Assembly: GCF_001194135.2 (NCBI RefSeq)
Contig: NC_068997.1
Location: forward strand, 50,886,714 to 50,933,210
DNA length: 46,497 bases
DNA from: Octopus bimaculoides
Lineage: Eukaryota
Direction: 5' to 3'
A model generated the notes under the pieces. It had not been told where the DNA came from and did not search any database. It worked only from the letters and a program-made list of their open reading frames with translations. Positions 13,401-25,247 of the stretch are shown here, piece by piece. The position numbers and the translations under genes are program-made. Numbering within the stretch: position 1 is the stretch's first letter; each line of letters begins with the position of its first letter.

Positions 13401-14368
13401 TTGGATGAATGAGTGATTTGAATCCTCTGTCACCTATACAACGATATACGACCAGCATATTTAAAACTCAGTCGCTCAGTCTACTTGGTTGTCATAAGGT
13501 ACCACAATATGGAGTGGCTTACCGTTGAAAGCAGTGGTGGAAATATAAGCTTTATCGGGGTTACGTTAGTTTGCAGTGTTGGGCCCGAATCTTTGGGTCA
13601 GAGTATACCAACATGACTCTTTTTCTACAATTAACTCCATCACACTAGAGTAGATCTCAAAATAAAGAAACCATAGGTGCTGCACATCAAACTCCCCAAA
13701 ACTCTTACACAACCAGTTAAGTTGTACTTTTCTGATAAATGACAATGTAGCAGGAATATTTAGCAATCGAATCCGGATTACTATATCCGATGCAAAAGAA
13801 AAACAGTAACCTTAGAGAACAATCGCGATTTGCTAGAATATTACCAACGTCATAGAAAAAAATCTGACCTTTCAAGACTTCGTGCGGAACCGGATCTTAC
13901 AACAATTTTATCTTTGGTGCGCTTTTTCTAAGCGAGACCACCACTATGTATTTAGTGCATTTTAGCCACTATGGACAGAGAGCGGATGTCAGACATCAGA
14001 CCGGGCTCAGAAGTCGGCAGTCACCAGACAGTGAGCAGAACCAGCAACTGACCAGAGCGCTGTGACAGTACAAAACAATGGACGGACGGCAATTGCAACA
14101 CGCAATGATCAGGTAACACCATGAGAGCGACTACTATAATACATAGTCTAATAACAATAAATTTCGAACTATCTTGGGGTTTGTTGTCGTGATAGCAACG
14201 TTTTGTTGTTTAAGATAAGAATAAATATTTTTTCATTAAAAATCTCAGATTTCAATGTTGTTTGTTCTAACAGTTACTAATTGGCAGGTGATCTAAAACA
14301 CTGCTTCAAGATCCGGTTTTTGAGATATTCCGACCAAAACTGGCCAAAGAAGGAGTCCTACATATACT

Positions 14369-14401
<33 letters not shown>

Positions 14402-15028
14402 AAACGTACGTGCACATTTCCACATACTCTTGCACAGATACACTAACACAGACACACCCACACACATTTAAATACATACAAATACACACACAGAAACACT
14501 TTGCACGCATCCACAACAAAAGTATACGAGTGTGTGTATGTGAAATATAAGCATGTGTGTGCGTGCGTGCATGCGCGTGTGTGTTTGTGTGTATGTATAT
14601 ATACATACATATACACACACACAAACACACACACACGCACGCACACACACACATAAATTATGCCAGGTTAGATGATGTCTTGATTATGTCTAAGACAAGA
14701 AACAGGATACAGTTTCATGTTTCTTCTTATCCTCTTCGTTCTCTCTTTCTTCTTTCTGTTTGTTGTTGCTGTTGTTGTTGTTCTTCTTCTCCCTCCCCTC
14801 CTCCCTCTTTCTTTAAGACAGTTTCCATTTATTTATTTATTTATTTATTTATTTATTCATCCCTTCCAAGAACGCCGATGAAAGTTCGATAAAAGTCCAG
14901 TTGAAGGAGGTCAGCCGTCCAAGAACCGAAAACACTGCACCAAACGACCAACTAAAACAACACATCCTCTGCCACCCCACCTTGCCCTCTTCTTCTTCTT
15001 CTTCTTCTTCCTCCCTCCACTCTCTCTG

Positions 15029-15068
<40 letters not shown>

Positions 15069-15303
15069 ATCCTCTCGCCCCATCTATTCTCCAAGACACA
15101 AAGAAGCTCTATATATCATGCCATGTATTTCTAGACACCTCTCTACTCCCGTGTACCTTATATAACATTAAACATGCCTGTAATATTAGTAAGATATATA
15201 CAAACATGTCGTAGACATGCACAAATTAGTGTGTGTGTGTGTGTGTGTGTGAGTGTGTGTGTGTGAGTGTGTGCACATACATATGTGCATGTGTATGTGT
15301 GTG

Positions 15304-15335
<32 letters not shown>

Positions 15336-15437
15336 GATATGTATGGATATATATATATATGTGTGTGTGTGTAGATATGTATGGATATACATACATATAT
15401 ATATATGTATATATATATGTATATATATGTATATATA

Positions 15438-15519
<82 letters not shown>

Positions 15520-15552
15520 AACATACGTATATACATAAGTATATTATAAGTA

Positions 15553-15606
<54 letters not shown>

Positions 15607-15804
15607 AATGTAAGTATGTATATAAATGTGTGTGTATGTGTATATATCTATATATCTATCTATGTATATATATATATTATATGTACTTCGTTACATGTAT
15701 GCGCGCGCGCGCGTGTGTGTGCGGTGTGCAGTGTGTGGGATGAGATGGTAAGATAGCGCATACAAAGAATTTCCTCTTGAGTCTATTTGTGTTTTTCGGT
15801 ATTT

Positions 15805-16760
15805 TTCGTGGTACTACAACGGCCAGATTCCAAAATTATCCACCAGCTTTCCCAAAACAATTCTGGCCACCTTTTTTTGCATTCCACGCGTCTAACGCTC
15901 GTGGTCATGCTACCAAAATTAAAATTCAACACAACACCCTTGACTTTCGGAAACACTTTTCCACACTCAGAATTGCTGAAGTATGGAATAAACTACCCTT
16001 ATCAGTGTTGGGACACAGCATGGATCTTTTTTAAAACGGGGGCCACATTTTTCATTAACGAAACACTTTGAAACTTGGAACACTGGTAGAATGTGTCATA
16101 TAAAACATCTTTTTCTCTTAGTCTTCTTAAAAAAAAAAAGAAATCCATAAGTTATTCCATGTGAAAGTTGTCGTATTTCTGTAATTTCAACCAATCACTG
16201 ACGTCCATTCAGCCGATATACATTAAGTGCCGACTACATAAACAAACGATTCTGAAACAATTAACCCTAACCCTAACCCTAACCCCAACCCTGGTTAGGG
16301 TTAGGGTTAAAGCAAATTTAAAATGAAAAAAGCAAATAAAACGAAGGTATGGAGATTAAATACTTGTCAGTGATTGGTTGAAATTATCGAAATAAGACAA
16401 TTTTTTACATGAAATAAATTCGAATACAAAAATATTTTTCTGTTCTATAACACAAAATAGATAAGTATACGAAGTTTGAAAGTCTTTCCGTACCAAAAAC
16501 ACTACGTAAAACATTAATGAAAAATGTGGCCCCCGTTTTAAAATAGATCCCACAGCATCCTTCAAAACTTCTATGCTTCTTGAAATTTGCCCAAAGTACG
16601 CCTGGTATTTCCCACCACCCGCTTTTTCTAACGACTCATTCACTGTTCACTTCCTGCGCATATTCTATGTACTGTTTATGCACTTTTGGTTATTCTTCCC
16701 TGACGAGTCGTAGTGCACTTGAGCACTGTATACAATAATTTTATTGTAATTATTATTATT
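15805..16760 (+). pseudogene. CR1/L2-type LINE 3' remnant (ORF2 C-terminus, 3' UTR, (ATT)n tail), split by a MITE
   Basis: Translation ...RGHATKIKIQHNTLDFRKHFSTLRIAEVWNKLP...(A)SFKTSML matches the RGH..K...R..FF..R....WN.LP....S...FK C-terminal signature of CR1/L2 ORF2; frameshifts present; ends in ttattatt. Confidence 0.8.
16022..16550. mobile_element. 529-bp Merlin-like MITE with telomeric-repeat core
   Basis: 37-bp TIRs (1 mismatch) starting GGATC; perfect 8-bp TSD CACAGCAT at 16014-16021 and 16551-16558. Confidence 0.85.
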
Positions 16761-18376
16761 TCTATGACGTTCCTCTATCTTTAAGATAGCGTGTTTTCAT
16801 TTGAATGAAATATTTTCGTGGGCGTATCTTGGGAGAGACTATTGCAAAGTTGGGAACCACATGCTAGTGCTTTCGTATTAAAACTTCCCGAAGAACCGTC
16901 GAGTACCATCACCCTTTAATAACTTCTAAAAATTATGAATTTATACGTGGGTGCATCATTTACTACAGCGACGACATAGCATGGTACCAGTTTATGCCAT
17001 TAATCACTTTAAATCGTTTTCAAGGTTAGACATCTTGACTGCAATTAAAATTTTGCTGGTATTAAAACTTAAAAACAATGTCACGCCAACATATCTTCTA
17101 TCGCTTGTTCTTTTTTTTTTCTTTCTTTGACATGTTGATAACATCGAGGCATTCAGAAATTATACAATCAAATAGTTCTGTAAGTTAACAGGTAAATAGC
17201 ATAGTTGTATAATTAAATAGTTATAGAGTGGAATCCATTAATATAATTGACAGAGTGTCTCCTTTTCTCTGTTTGTCCGTCGTCCATCCATCCGTCCGTT
17301 CATCCAATCAATCACCCAGCCAACTAGCCAGCCAGCCAGCCAGCCAGCCATACATACATACAAATATGTGTATGTATGTATGTATGTATGTATGTACGTA
17401 CGTGTGTGTATGCTAATGTGTGTATACATACATACATTTATACATCGAAACGTCTAGTTAGAATAGAGGCAGCTGACGAAGGATTAATTCCAAGTGGCTA
17501 TCTGTTTTCCTATGTGTTCGTTCCGTTGTCTGTAGTTCATTGTTCTAACGTCCTGTACCCTGATATGCATCTATATACACATGTAGATGTAAGTATATAC
17601 ATGTGTGGGTGTGTGTGTGTGTGNNNNNNNNNNNNNNNNNNNNNNNNNNNNNNNNNNNNNNNNNNNNNNNNNNNNNNNNNNNNNNNNNNNNNNNNNNNNN
17701 NNNNNNNNNNNNNNNNNNNNNNNNNNNNNNNNNNNNNNNNNNNNNNNNNNNNNNNNNNNNNNNNNNNNNNNNNNNNNNNNNNNNNNNNNNNNNNNNNNNN
17801 NNNNNNNNNNNNNNNNNNNNNNNNNNNNNNNNNNNNNNNNNNNNNNNNNNNNNNNNNNNNNNNNNNNNNNNNNNNNNNNNNNNNNNNNNNNNNNNNNNNN
17901 NNNNNNNNNNNNNNNNNNNNNNNAGCCAGCCAGCCAGCCAGCCAGCCATACATACATACAAATATGTGTATGTATGTATGTATAAATGTCTCCCACTCGC
18001 CATGTGTGAACTGTCGCCAGTTGACAGACATTGGCAACAAACTTCACAACCCTAACCCTAACACCAAACTACTTGAGTAACATTACCATTTCTCTGACAT
18101 TACATCGAACTGTACCCATTGACACGACTGACATGGCGCTGGTGAGAGTCTAAGAAACCTAATCTTTAGATTCGTGAGAACGTTCCCTCCTTCGGTATTA
18201 ATCTACGGCTGTCTTATTCTTTGTTGTACAAATTACTTACGTTCGGTAATCAATTCTTAAGATTCGGATGTCGCCTTTAGCTGAGAAAAATGTCTGATAG
18301 TCAAGTATATACACATATGCGTACAATGAGCACACGTGGCTTAGTGGTATGGATGTGCGGCTCGCGTTCGTGTGTT

Positions 18377-18450
18377 CGATACCGCTAAGTTACGGGGACG
18401 TAAACACACCAATACCGGTTATCAAGCGATGGAGGGACAAACACACACAC
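18377..18450 (-). mobile_element. D-segment fragment, preceded by a short tRNA-like head fragment
   Basis: accgctaagttacggggacgtaaacacacc...caagcgatgg. Confidence 0.7.
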
Positions 18451-18453
18451 ATA

Positions 18454-18488
<35 letters not shown>

Positions 18489-18920
18489 NNNNNNNNNNNN
18501 NNNNNNNNNNNNNNNNNNNNNNNNNNNNNNNNNNNNNNNNNNNNNNNNNNNNNNNNNNNNNNNNNNNNNNNNNNNNNNNNNNNNNNNNNNNNNNNNNNNN
18601 NNNNNNNNNNNNNNNNNNNNNNNNNNNNNNNNNNNNNNNNNNNNNNNNNNNNNNNNNNNNNNNNNNNNNNNNNNNNNNNNNNNNNNNNNNNNNNNNNNNN
18701 NNNNNNNNNNNNNNNNNNNNNNNNNNNNNNNNNNNNNNNNNNNNNNNNNNNNNNNNNNNNNNNNNNNNNNNNNNNNNNNNNNNNNNNNNNNNNNNNNNNN
18801 NNNNNNNNNNNNNNNNNNNNNNNNNNNNNNNNNNNNNNNNNNNNNNNNNNNNNNNNNNNNNNNNNNNNNNNNNNNNNNNNNNNNNNNNNNNNNNNNNNNN
18901 NNNNNNNNNNNNNNNNNNNN

Positions 18921-18986
<66 letters not shown>

Positions 18987-19327
18987 TTATATATATACAT
19001 ACATACACATATAATATATATATAATATATATTATGTTGTATACATGCATATATGATATATATAATGTATATAATGTACAAATATACATGTATAATATAT
19101 ACATGATACATGTATATACATAAATTATATATATAAATGATACATAATTATATATAAGATAAATAATATGGATTTGTGCGTTTATACACACAGACACACA
19201 TACACACACACAGATATACAGTATATATATATGTGTGTGTGTGTGTATATATACCTGTGTGTTTGTAGATATATGTATATATGTACATATATATATTTGT
19301 GTGAATGTATGTATGTATACACACACA

Positions 19328-19367
<40 letters not shown>

Positions 19368-19513
19368 GTTATATGATCAAGGTTTCATTGACTTCTGGAA
19401 AACCTGTAATGCTCGTTAGTGATGTGATAGAAGAAACGGTATTGAAACATGTCTGTTTTTTATTTGGAATTAATAGAGAGAACCAGGAAATGAGGTGGAG
19501 AAAAACCGGTGAA

Positions 19514-19545
<32 letters not shown>

Positions 19546-20000
19546 TGCTGCATAATATCTCTCTCTCTNNNNNNNNNNNNNNNNNNNNNNNNNNNNNNNN
19601 NNNNNNNNNNNNNNNNNNNNNNNNNNNNNNNNNNNNNNNNNNNNNNNNNNNNNNNNNNNNNNNNNNNNNNNNNNNNNNNNNNNNNNNNNNNNNNNNNNNN
19701 NNNNNNNNNNNNNNNNNNNNNNNNNNNNNNNNNNNNNNNNNNNNNNNNNNNNNNNNNNNNNNNNNNNNNNNNNNNNNNNNNNNNTATGTATGTATGTATG
19801 TATGTATGTATGTATGTATGTATGTATGTATGTATGTATGTCGTTGCTATGATGCAAAAGTACCCTAAGTCCAAAACGTTGCTTTTTCAAAAGACGAAAA
19901 AATAGTTTCACCATTCCATTGCAAAACCGTTGTTCTACTACACTTTGACAATTTTTGATATCTTGGCATCTGAAGCAGTTGGAGATACAATAGTTCATTG

Positions 20001-20160
20001 CCTAAGACCACCATGACAGGACGTGTGGAGGAGAAGAGAGCAAGAGATCATGAAAGACGATATCTGAAAATGAACTGGAAACAACAGCCTGGCTGATTGT
20101 ATGCATGTAGCACAATACAGAGGGAACTGGAGGGTCTTGATAATCTGGTCCCTGTACACA
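20001..20160 (+). pseudogene. RTE-type LINE ORF C-terminal remnant
   Basis: Frameshifted translation PKTTMTGRVEEKRAR...NSLADCMHVAQYRGNWRVLI resembles the RTE C-terminal G.R.RGRP...W...A.DR..WR motif. Confidence 0.65.
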
Positions 20161-20189
20161 GGGAAGACATGTCTGATGGTTGATGATTT

Positions 20190-20395
20190 GGCGGAGTTTC
20201 GGATCAGGAGGCCCACATAAGTTGAATTTTCTTCGTTTTGACGGGAACTTTTCCAATTTTTATTCACCAGGGCCTTGGCAATGATGGGGGTGGGAGTGGA
20301 GGAGGTGTCATCTTTTTATGAAAAGAATTTTTGAAAATCCCCGTCAAAATGGAGTAACTGCAACTTATATGGCTGTCCTGATCCGAAACTCCGCC
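20190..20395. mobile_element. 206-bp long-TIR MITE (Merlin-like: GG termini, about 8-bp TSD)
   Basis: About 75-bp TIRs with the first 20 bp identical (ggcggagtttcggatcagga); flanks gatgattt / gatgtttt. Confidence 0.75.
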
Positions 20396-21486
20396 GATGT
20401 TTTTTTATATGGTACGTTATTTCTGGTGCAAAAAATTCTCAAATCATTAAATAAGAGATTTAAANNNNNNNNNNNNNNNNNNNNNNNNNNNNNNNNNNNN
20501 NNNNNNNNNNNNNNNNNNNNNNNNNNNNNNNNNNNNNNNNNNNNNNNNNNNNNNNNNNNNNNNNNNNNNNNNNNNNNNNNNNNNNNNNNNNNNNNNNNNN
20601 NNNNNNNNNNNNNNNNNNNNNNNNNNNNNNNNNNNNNNNNNNNNNNNNNNNNNNNNNNNNNNNNNNNNNNNNNNNNNNNNNNNNNNNNNNNNNNNNNNNN
20701 NNNNNNNNNNNNNNNNNNNNNNNNNNNNNNNNNNNNNNNNNNNNNNNNNNNNNNNNNNNNNNNNNNNNNNNNNNNNNNNNNNNNNNNNNNNNNNNNNNNN
20801 NNNNNNNNNNNNNNNNNNNNNNNNNNNNNNNNNNNNNNNNNNNNNNNNNNNNNNNNNNNNNNNNNNNNNNNNNNNNNNNNNNNNNNNNNNNNNNNNNNNN
20901 NNNNNNNNNNNNNNNNNNNNNNNNNNNNNNNNNNNNNNNNNNNNNNNNNNNNNNNNNNNNNNNNNNNNNNNNNNNNNNNNNNNNNNNNNNNNNNNNNNNN
21001 NNNNATAAATATACATATATATATATACATACATGAGTGCTCTGAAACTTTTGAAAACTGAAACCAAAATTTACGGACGCTCACACACACGCACGCACAT
21101 AACCACACACACATACACACACACACATACACATACACACACACGCACACACACACACACACACAAAGAAAGAAAGTTCACAAAACAAAGCATTAATAAT
21201 AGGCAGATGGACTTTGATACAGAACAATTTAGTATTCTTACTAATTCCGGATGAACCACTTCATAAGTACTCCAAACACACACACACACACACACACTTA
21301 TATTATGAAGATCCCTTATCAGACTAGTTTTATTGCTAAAAATAGCTCACAGGTTTCGATTGCTGCCTCTTTTATGGTTAGCCACAAGAATTCTGACGAC
21401 GGAGTTTAGTAAATTACAGACTAATTGGTTCGGTATAAACCAACCAAGCAATATCTACCTGTCTGTCTGTGTGTCTGCCTCTATGT

Positions 21487-21544
<58 letters not shown>

Positions 21545-21623
21545 CTGTCTATCTATCTATCTACCAATCAATGTCTCGATCTATCAATCAATTTATCTAT
21601 CAGTGAATCAGTTTCTCTTCTCT

Positions 21624-21667
<44 letters not shown>

Positions 21668-21723
21668 GTCAGTCAGTCGGTAAGGCTGTCCATACGTCCG
21701 TCCGTCCATCCAGTCATCCATCC

Positions 21724-21805
<82 letters not shown>

Positions 21806-22182
21806 NNNNNNNNNNNNNNNNNNNNNNNNNNNNNNNNNNNNNNNNNNNNNNNNNNNNNNNNNNNNNNNNNNNNNNNNNNNNNNNNNNNNNNNNNNNNNNN
21901 NNNNNNNNNNNNNNNNNNNNNNNNNNNNNNNNNNNNNNNNNNNNNNNNNNNNNNNNNNNNNNNNNNNNNNNNNNNNNNNNNNNNNNNNNNNNNNNNNNNN
22001 NNNNNNNNNNNNNNNNNNNNNNNNNNNNNNNNNNNNNNNNNNNNNNNNNNNNNNNNNNNNNNNNNNNNNNNNNNNNNNNNNNNNNNNNNNNNNNNNNNNN
22101 NNNNNNNNNNNNNNNNNNNNNNNNNNNNNNNNNNNNNNNNNNNNNNNNNNNNNNNNNNNNNNNNNNNNNNNNNNNNNNNNNN

Positions 22183-22225
<43 letters not shown>

Positions 22226-22339
22226 GGTTGAGTAAAAAGTAAGCAACGCTTTGAATCACGAAGAAATTGTACCGAATTTTTGCATAGTTTTGAATTTTTT
22301 CGAACATTTTTTTGCAAATGTCTGATAATACAGACATAG

Positions 22340-22745
22340 AGCAATGATTGATCAGAGCTGGTGAAGTGTGAAGAAAACATAAACTCAGATAAATATGGGT
22401 CCATATTGCAGAAAGGACTCCTAACCTTCTCTAGTGGTGAAAGGATTAAAGAAGACTCTTTATTTATGGAAGATGGGGGTTCCTTGTTACACGGCTAAAA
22501 AGACCCAAGATTGATTGGAAGAGAATGGCATTAAAGAGTTTCCATGGCCAACCCATTCACTAGGTAGGAACCCTATTGAAGACCACTGGGGCATAATGAA
22601 AGCATCCTCAAAGCCAGATCTTTTGAAATTACTGCATGAAACTTTGCAAGAAATTCCCCAAGAGAATATTCGTCATCTGATCAGTAGTATGCCTAACAGG
22701 GTCCTTGCAATGAAAAATGCAAAGGGCACGTCTCCTAAGTATTAG
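22340..22745 (+). pseudogene. Tc1-family (DD34E) transposase C-terminal relic
   Basis: ...FMEDG(fs)PCYTAKKTQD*LEENGIKEFPWPTHSLGRNPIEDHW...SMPNRVLAMKNAKGTSPKY*; 34 residues between D and E after correcting one frameshift and one stop. Confidence 0.88.
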
Positions 22746-22866
22746 ACATTCGCATTATAACAGTTAATAAAAAAATTGAATGTATAATTTCAAATTCTCA
22801 ATTTACTTCTATCATGTGTGTGTGTTTATATATATATATATAATGGCAGTCACCTGCTTTTGTCTT

Positions 22867-23207
22867 GTATTAATTTGAAAGAGACAAGTTTGAAGGTCAA
22901 CGATACTTCTCATTAAAGCCGACGCATATCTAAACACAGACAGCATGTATAAGTCATAATAAGCATGCGACCACATAACAGATAAAAAGAAACTTGGACT
23001 TCTTAATTTATCTGTTATGTACTTATGAAATTATTTATCCGACTTTGATTTGGGCACGGAATTACACTATGTTATGTTTTTTATGTTTTTATATGTTATG
23101 TGTTTGCATGCTTATAATGGCTTATATATGCCCTCCGTGTTTAGATACGTGTCGGCTTTGATGAGGAGTGTTATTGACCTTCGAACTTGTCTCTTTCAAA
23201 TTAATAC
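22867..23207. mobile_element. 341-bp fold-back MITE with about 115-bp TIRs, superfamily unassigned
   Basis: First 24 bp identical (gtattaatttgaaagagacaagtt) and clear homology over about 115 bp; no unambiguous TSD. Confidence 0.8.
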
Positions 23208-23439
23208 TTTAATCTAATCGCTCAATAGATTGAAGCCGACGCTGTTGTTTCTTGAAAGGAGTTCCCCTCTATAATTTTTCATTACTTATATATATAAGTA
23301 ACCATGTGGTTGGTAAGCAAGCTACTTTATTTCATAAATATTTGCCATAAAGGCATTACAAAGAGGGGACGAACAAGGACAGACAAACATAAAAGGGGTA
23401 ACTTGCCACACAACCACTCCTGCGCCAGAGAGAGAGAGA

Positions 23440-23580
23440 GAGAAGTTTGCTTCCCAACCACATGGTTCCAGGTTGAGTCTCACTGCGTGGAACCTTGGGC
23501 AAGTGTCTTCTACTATAGCCTCGGATCGACCAAAGCCTTGTGAGTGGATTTGGTAGACGGAAACTGAAAGAAACCCGTCG

Positions 23581-23616
<36 letters not shown>

Positions 23617-24028
23617 TGTATGTATGTATGTATAAGCCACTATACCCTTTTCTTTTTTCTCTCCCTGTTTATTTCTGTNNNNNNNNNNTTGAAGAGCGTA
23701 GGCTCGAAATGTAAAAAACTTTCTCACTTCCCGAGCGTTAAACTAATACGTGTTTTTTTGTTTACACGCTCGTATTCGTCTCTTTTTTTTTTTTTTGTAA
23801 ATTCTCACTATATATATATCTGTTTGTGTGTCTGTGTTTGTCTCCCCAACATCGCTTGACAACCGATGCTAGTGTTCTTACGTCCCCGTAACGTAGCAGT
23901 TCGGCAAATAGTGACCGATAGAACAAGTACAAGGCTTACAAAGAATTAGTCCAGGGGTCGATTTGTTCGACAAAAGCCGGTGCTCCAGCATGGGCGCAGT
24001 CAAATGACTGAAACAAGTAAAAGAATAA
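23440..24028 (+). mobile_element. Composite SINE B-(microsatellite)-D with an extra insert in the microsatellite
   Basis: B 23440-23580, (TATG)n, insert about 23640-23810, D 23821-24028 ending gactgaaacaagtaaaagaata. Confidence 0.85.
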
Positions 24029-24230
24029 CGTGATTTCACTTCATGAATGGCAGAAAAAGGAAAAGAAAAAACGAAAAAAAGGAAAGAAGAAAAAGGTAGA
24101 AATAGCTTCTAAAACAATTAGAAAATACATTCGTTAAACCGTGAGACTATTTACTGCAATGTATTAAATATAAAAGATGCTTAATTGAAAACTAATTAAC
24201 AATAACAACAACAACAACAACAACAACAAC

Positions 24231-24283
<53 letters not shown>

Positions 24284-24480
24284 ACGGCGGGAAATTGTTT
24301 TTTCTCTGTTCGACAACGTATCAACAAGATTTGTGTATTTTGTTGTTGTTGTTGTTGTTTATTTTATTGTTGTTTTTGTTGATCTTGTTTTTGTTGTTGT
24401 TTATTTGCGAAAGTTACAATCTTAATGAAGCAAAAATTAAAGAAAGAAAAAAAGAAAAAAAAAGAAAACGATTATCTTTT

Positions 24481-24890
24481 AGTTGTTTCAGGCATTTAAC
24501 TGCGGCCTTGCTGGGGCACGGCCTTGAAGAATTGTAATCGAATAAATCGACCGTAGTTGCTTATTTTTCAGTTTAAACCTGGTAATTGTTCTATCATTCT
24601 GTTTTGCCCAACCGCTAAGTTACGGAGACGTAAACACACCGACACCGGTTGTCAAGCGATGGTGAAGGACAAACACAGCAAACTTAGACACAAAGACACG
24701 CACACACACACACACACACACACGTGCTTATATACACACGCATACACGATGGGCTTCTTTCAGTTTCTGTCATAAGGCTTTGATCGGCACAAAGCTATAG
24801 TAGAAGACTCTTGCCCAAGGTGCCACGCAGTAAGACTGAACCCGGAACCATGTGGTTGGGAAGCAAGCTTCTTACCACACAGTTACACCT
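24481..24890 (-). mobile_element. Composite SINE B-(microsatellite)-D, near full length
   Basis: Same order as 12343-12648. Confidence 0.85.
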
Positions 24891-25247
24891 TACTCCTACA
24901 AAAAATATTTAATTAAAAATTAATTACTAACGATAATGTATAAAAAAAAAAACGTTGGGAAATTGTTTTTCTCTCTTACACAATATATCAACAATATTTG
25001 CTTCTTTCGGTTGTTTTTTTTGTGTGTAATTTTTCTCGTGAAAGTCACGATCTTAATGAAGCAAAAATTAAAAAAAATTAATGGAAGAGAATTTTAATTT
25101 TTTTTTTCTAGAAGTTGAAATTTCTCATTTGTTCGTGGTTTTATCATTTGTGTGTTAATTTATCTAGAAAATTCTTTGATTATCCATTAAACGCTAACAT
25201 TACTATTCAGGTTGATTTGATGAGTCACGTGAGTAACACAGATCTGG

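Noticed and set aside
16261-16310. Telomere fusion site
   Set aside because: Only a few repeats are present and they sit at the centre of a TSD-flanked MITE, so this is not a chromosome fusion scar.
17327-17985. Repeated (AGCC)n-atacatacatacaaatatgtg block on both sides of an N gap
   Set aside because: Most likely a scaffolding overlap artefact.
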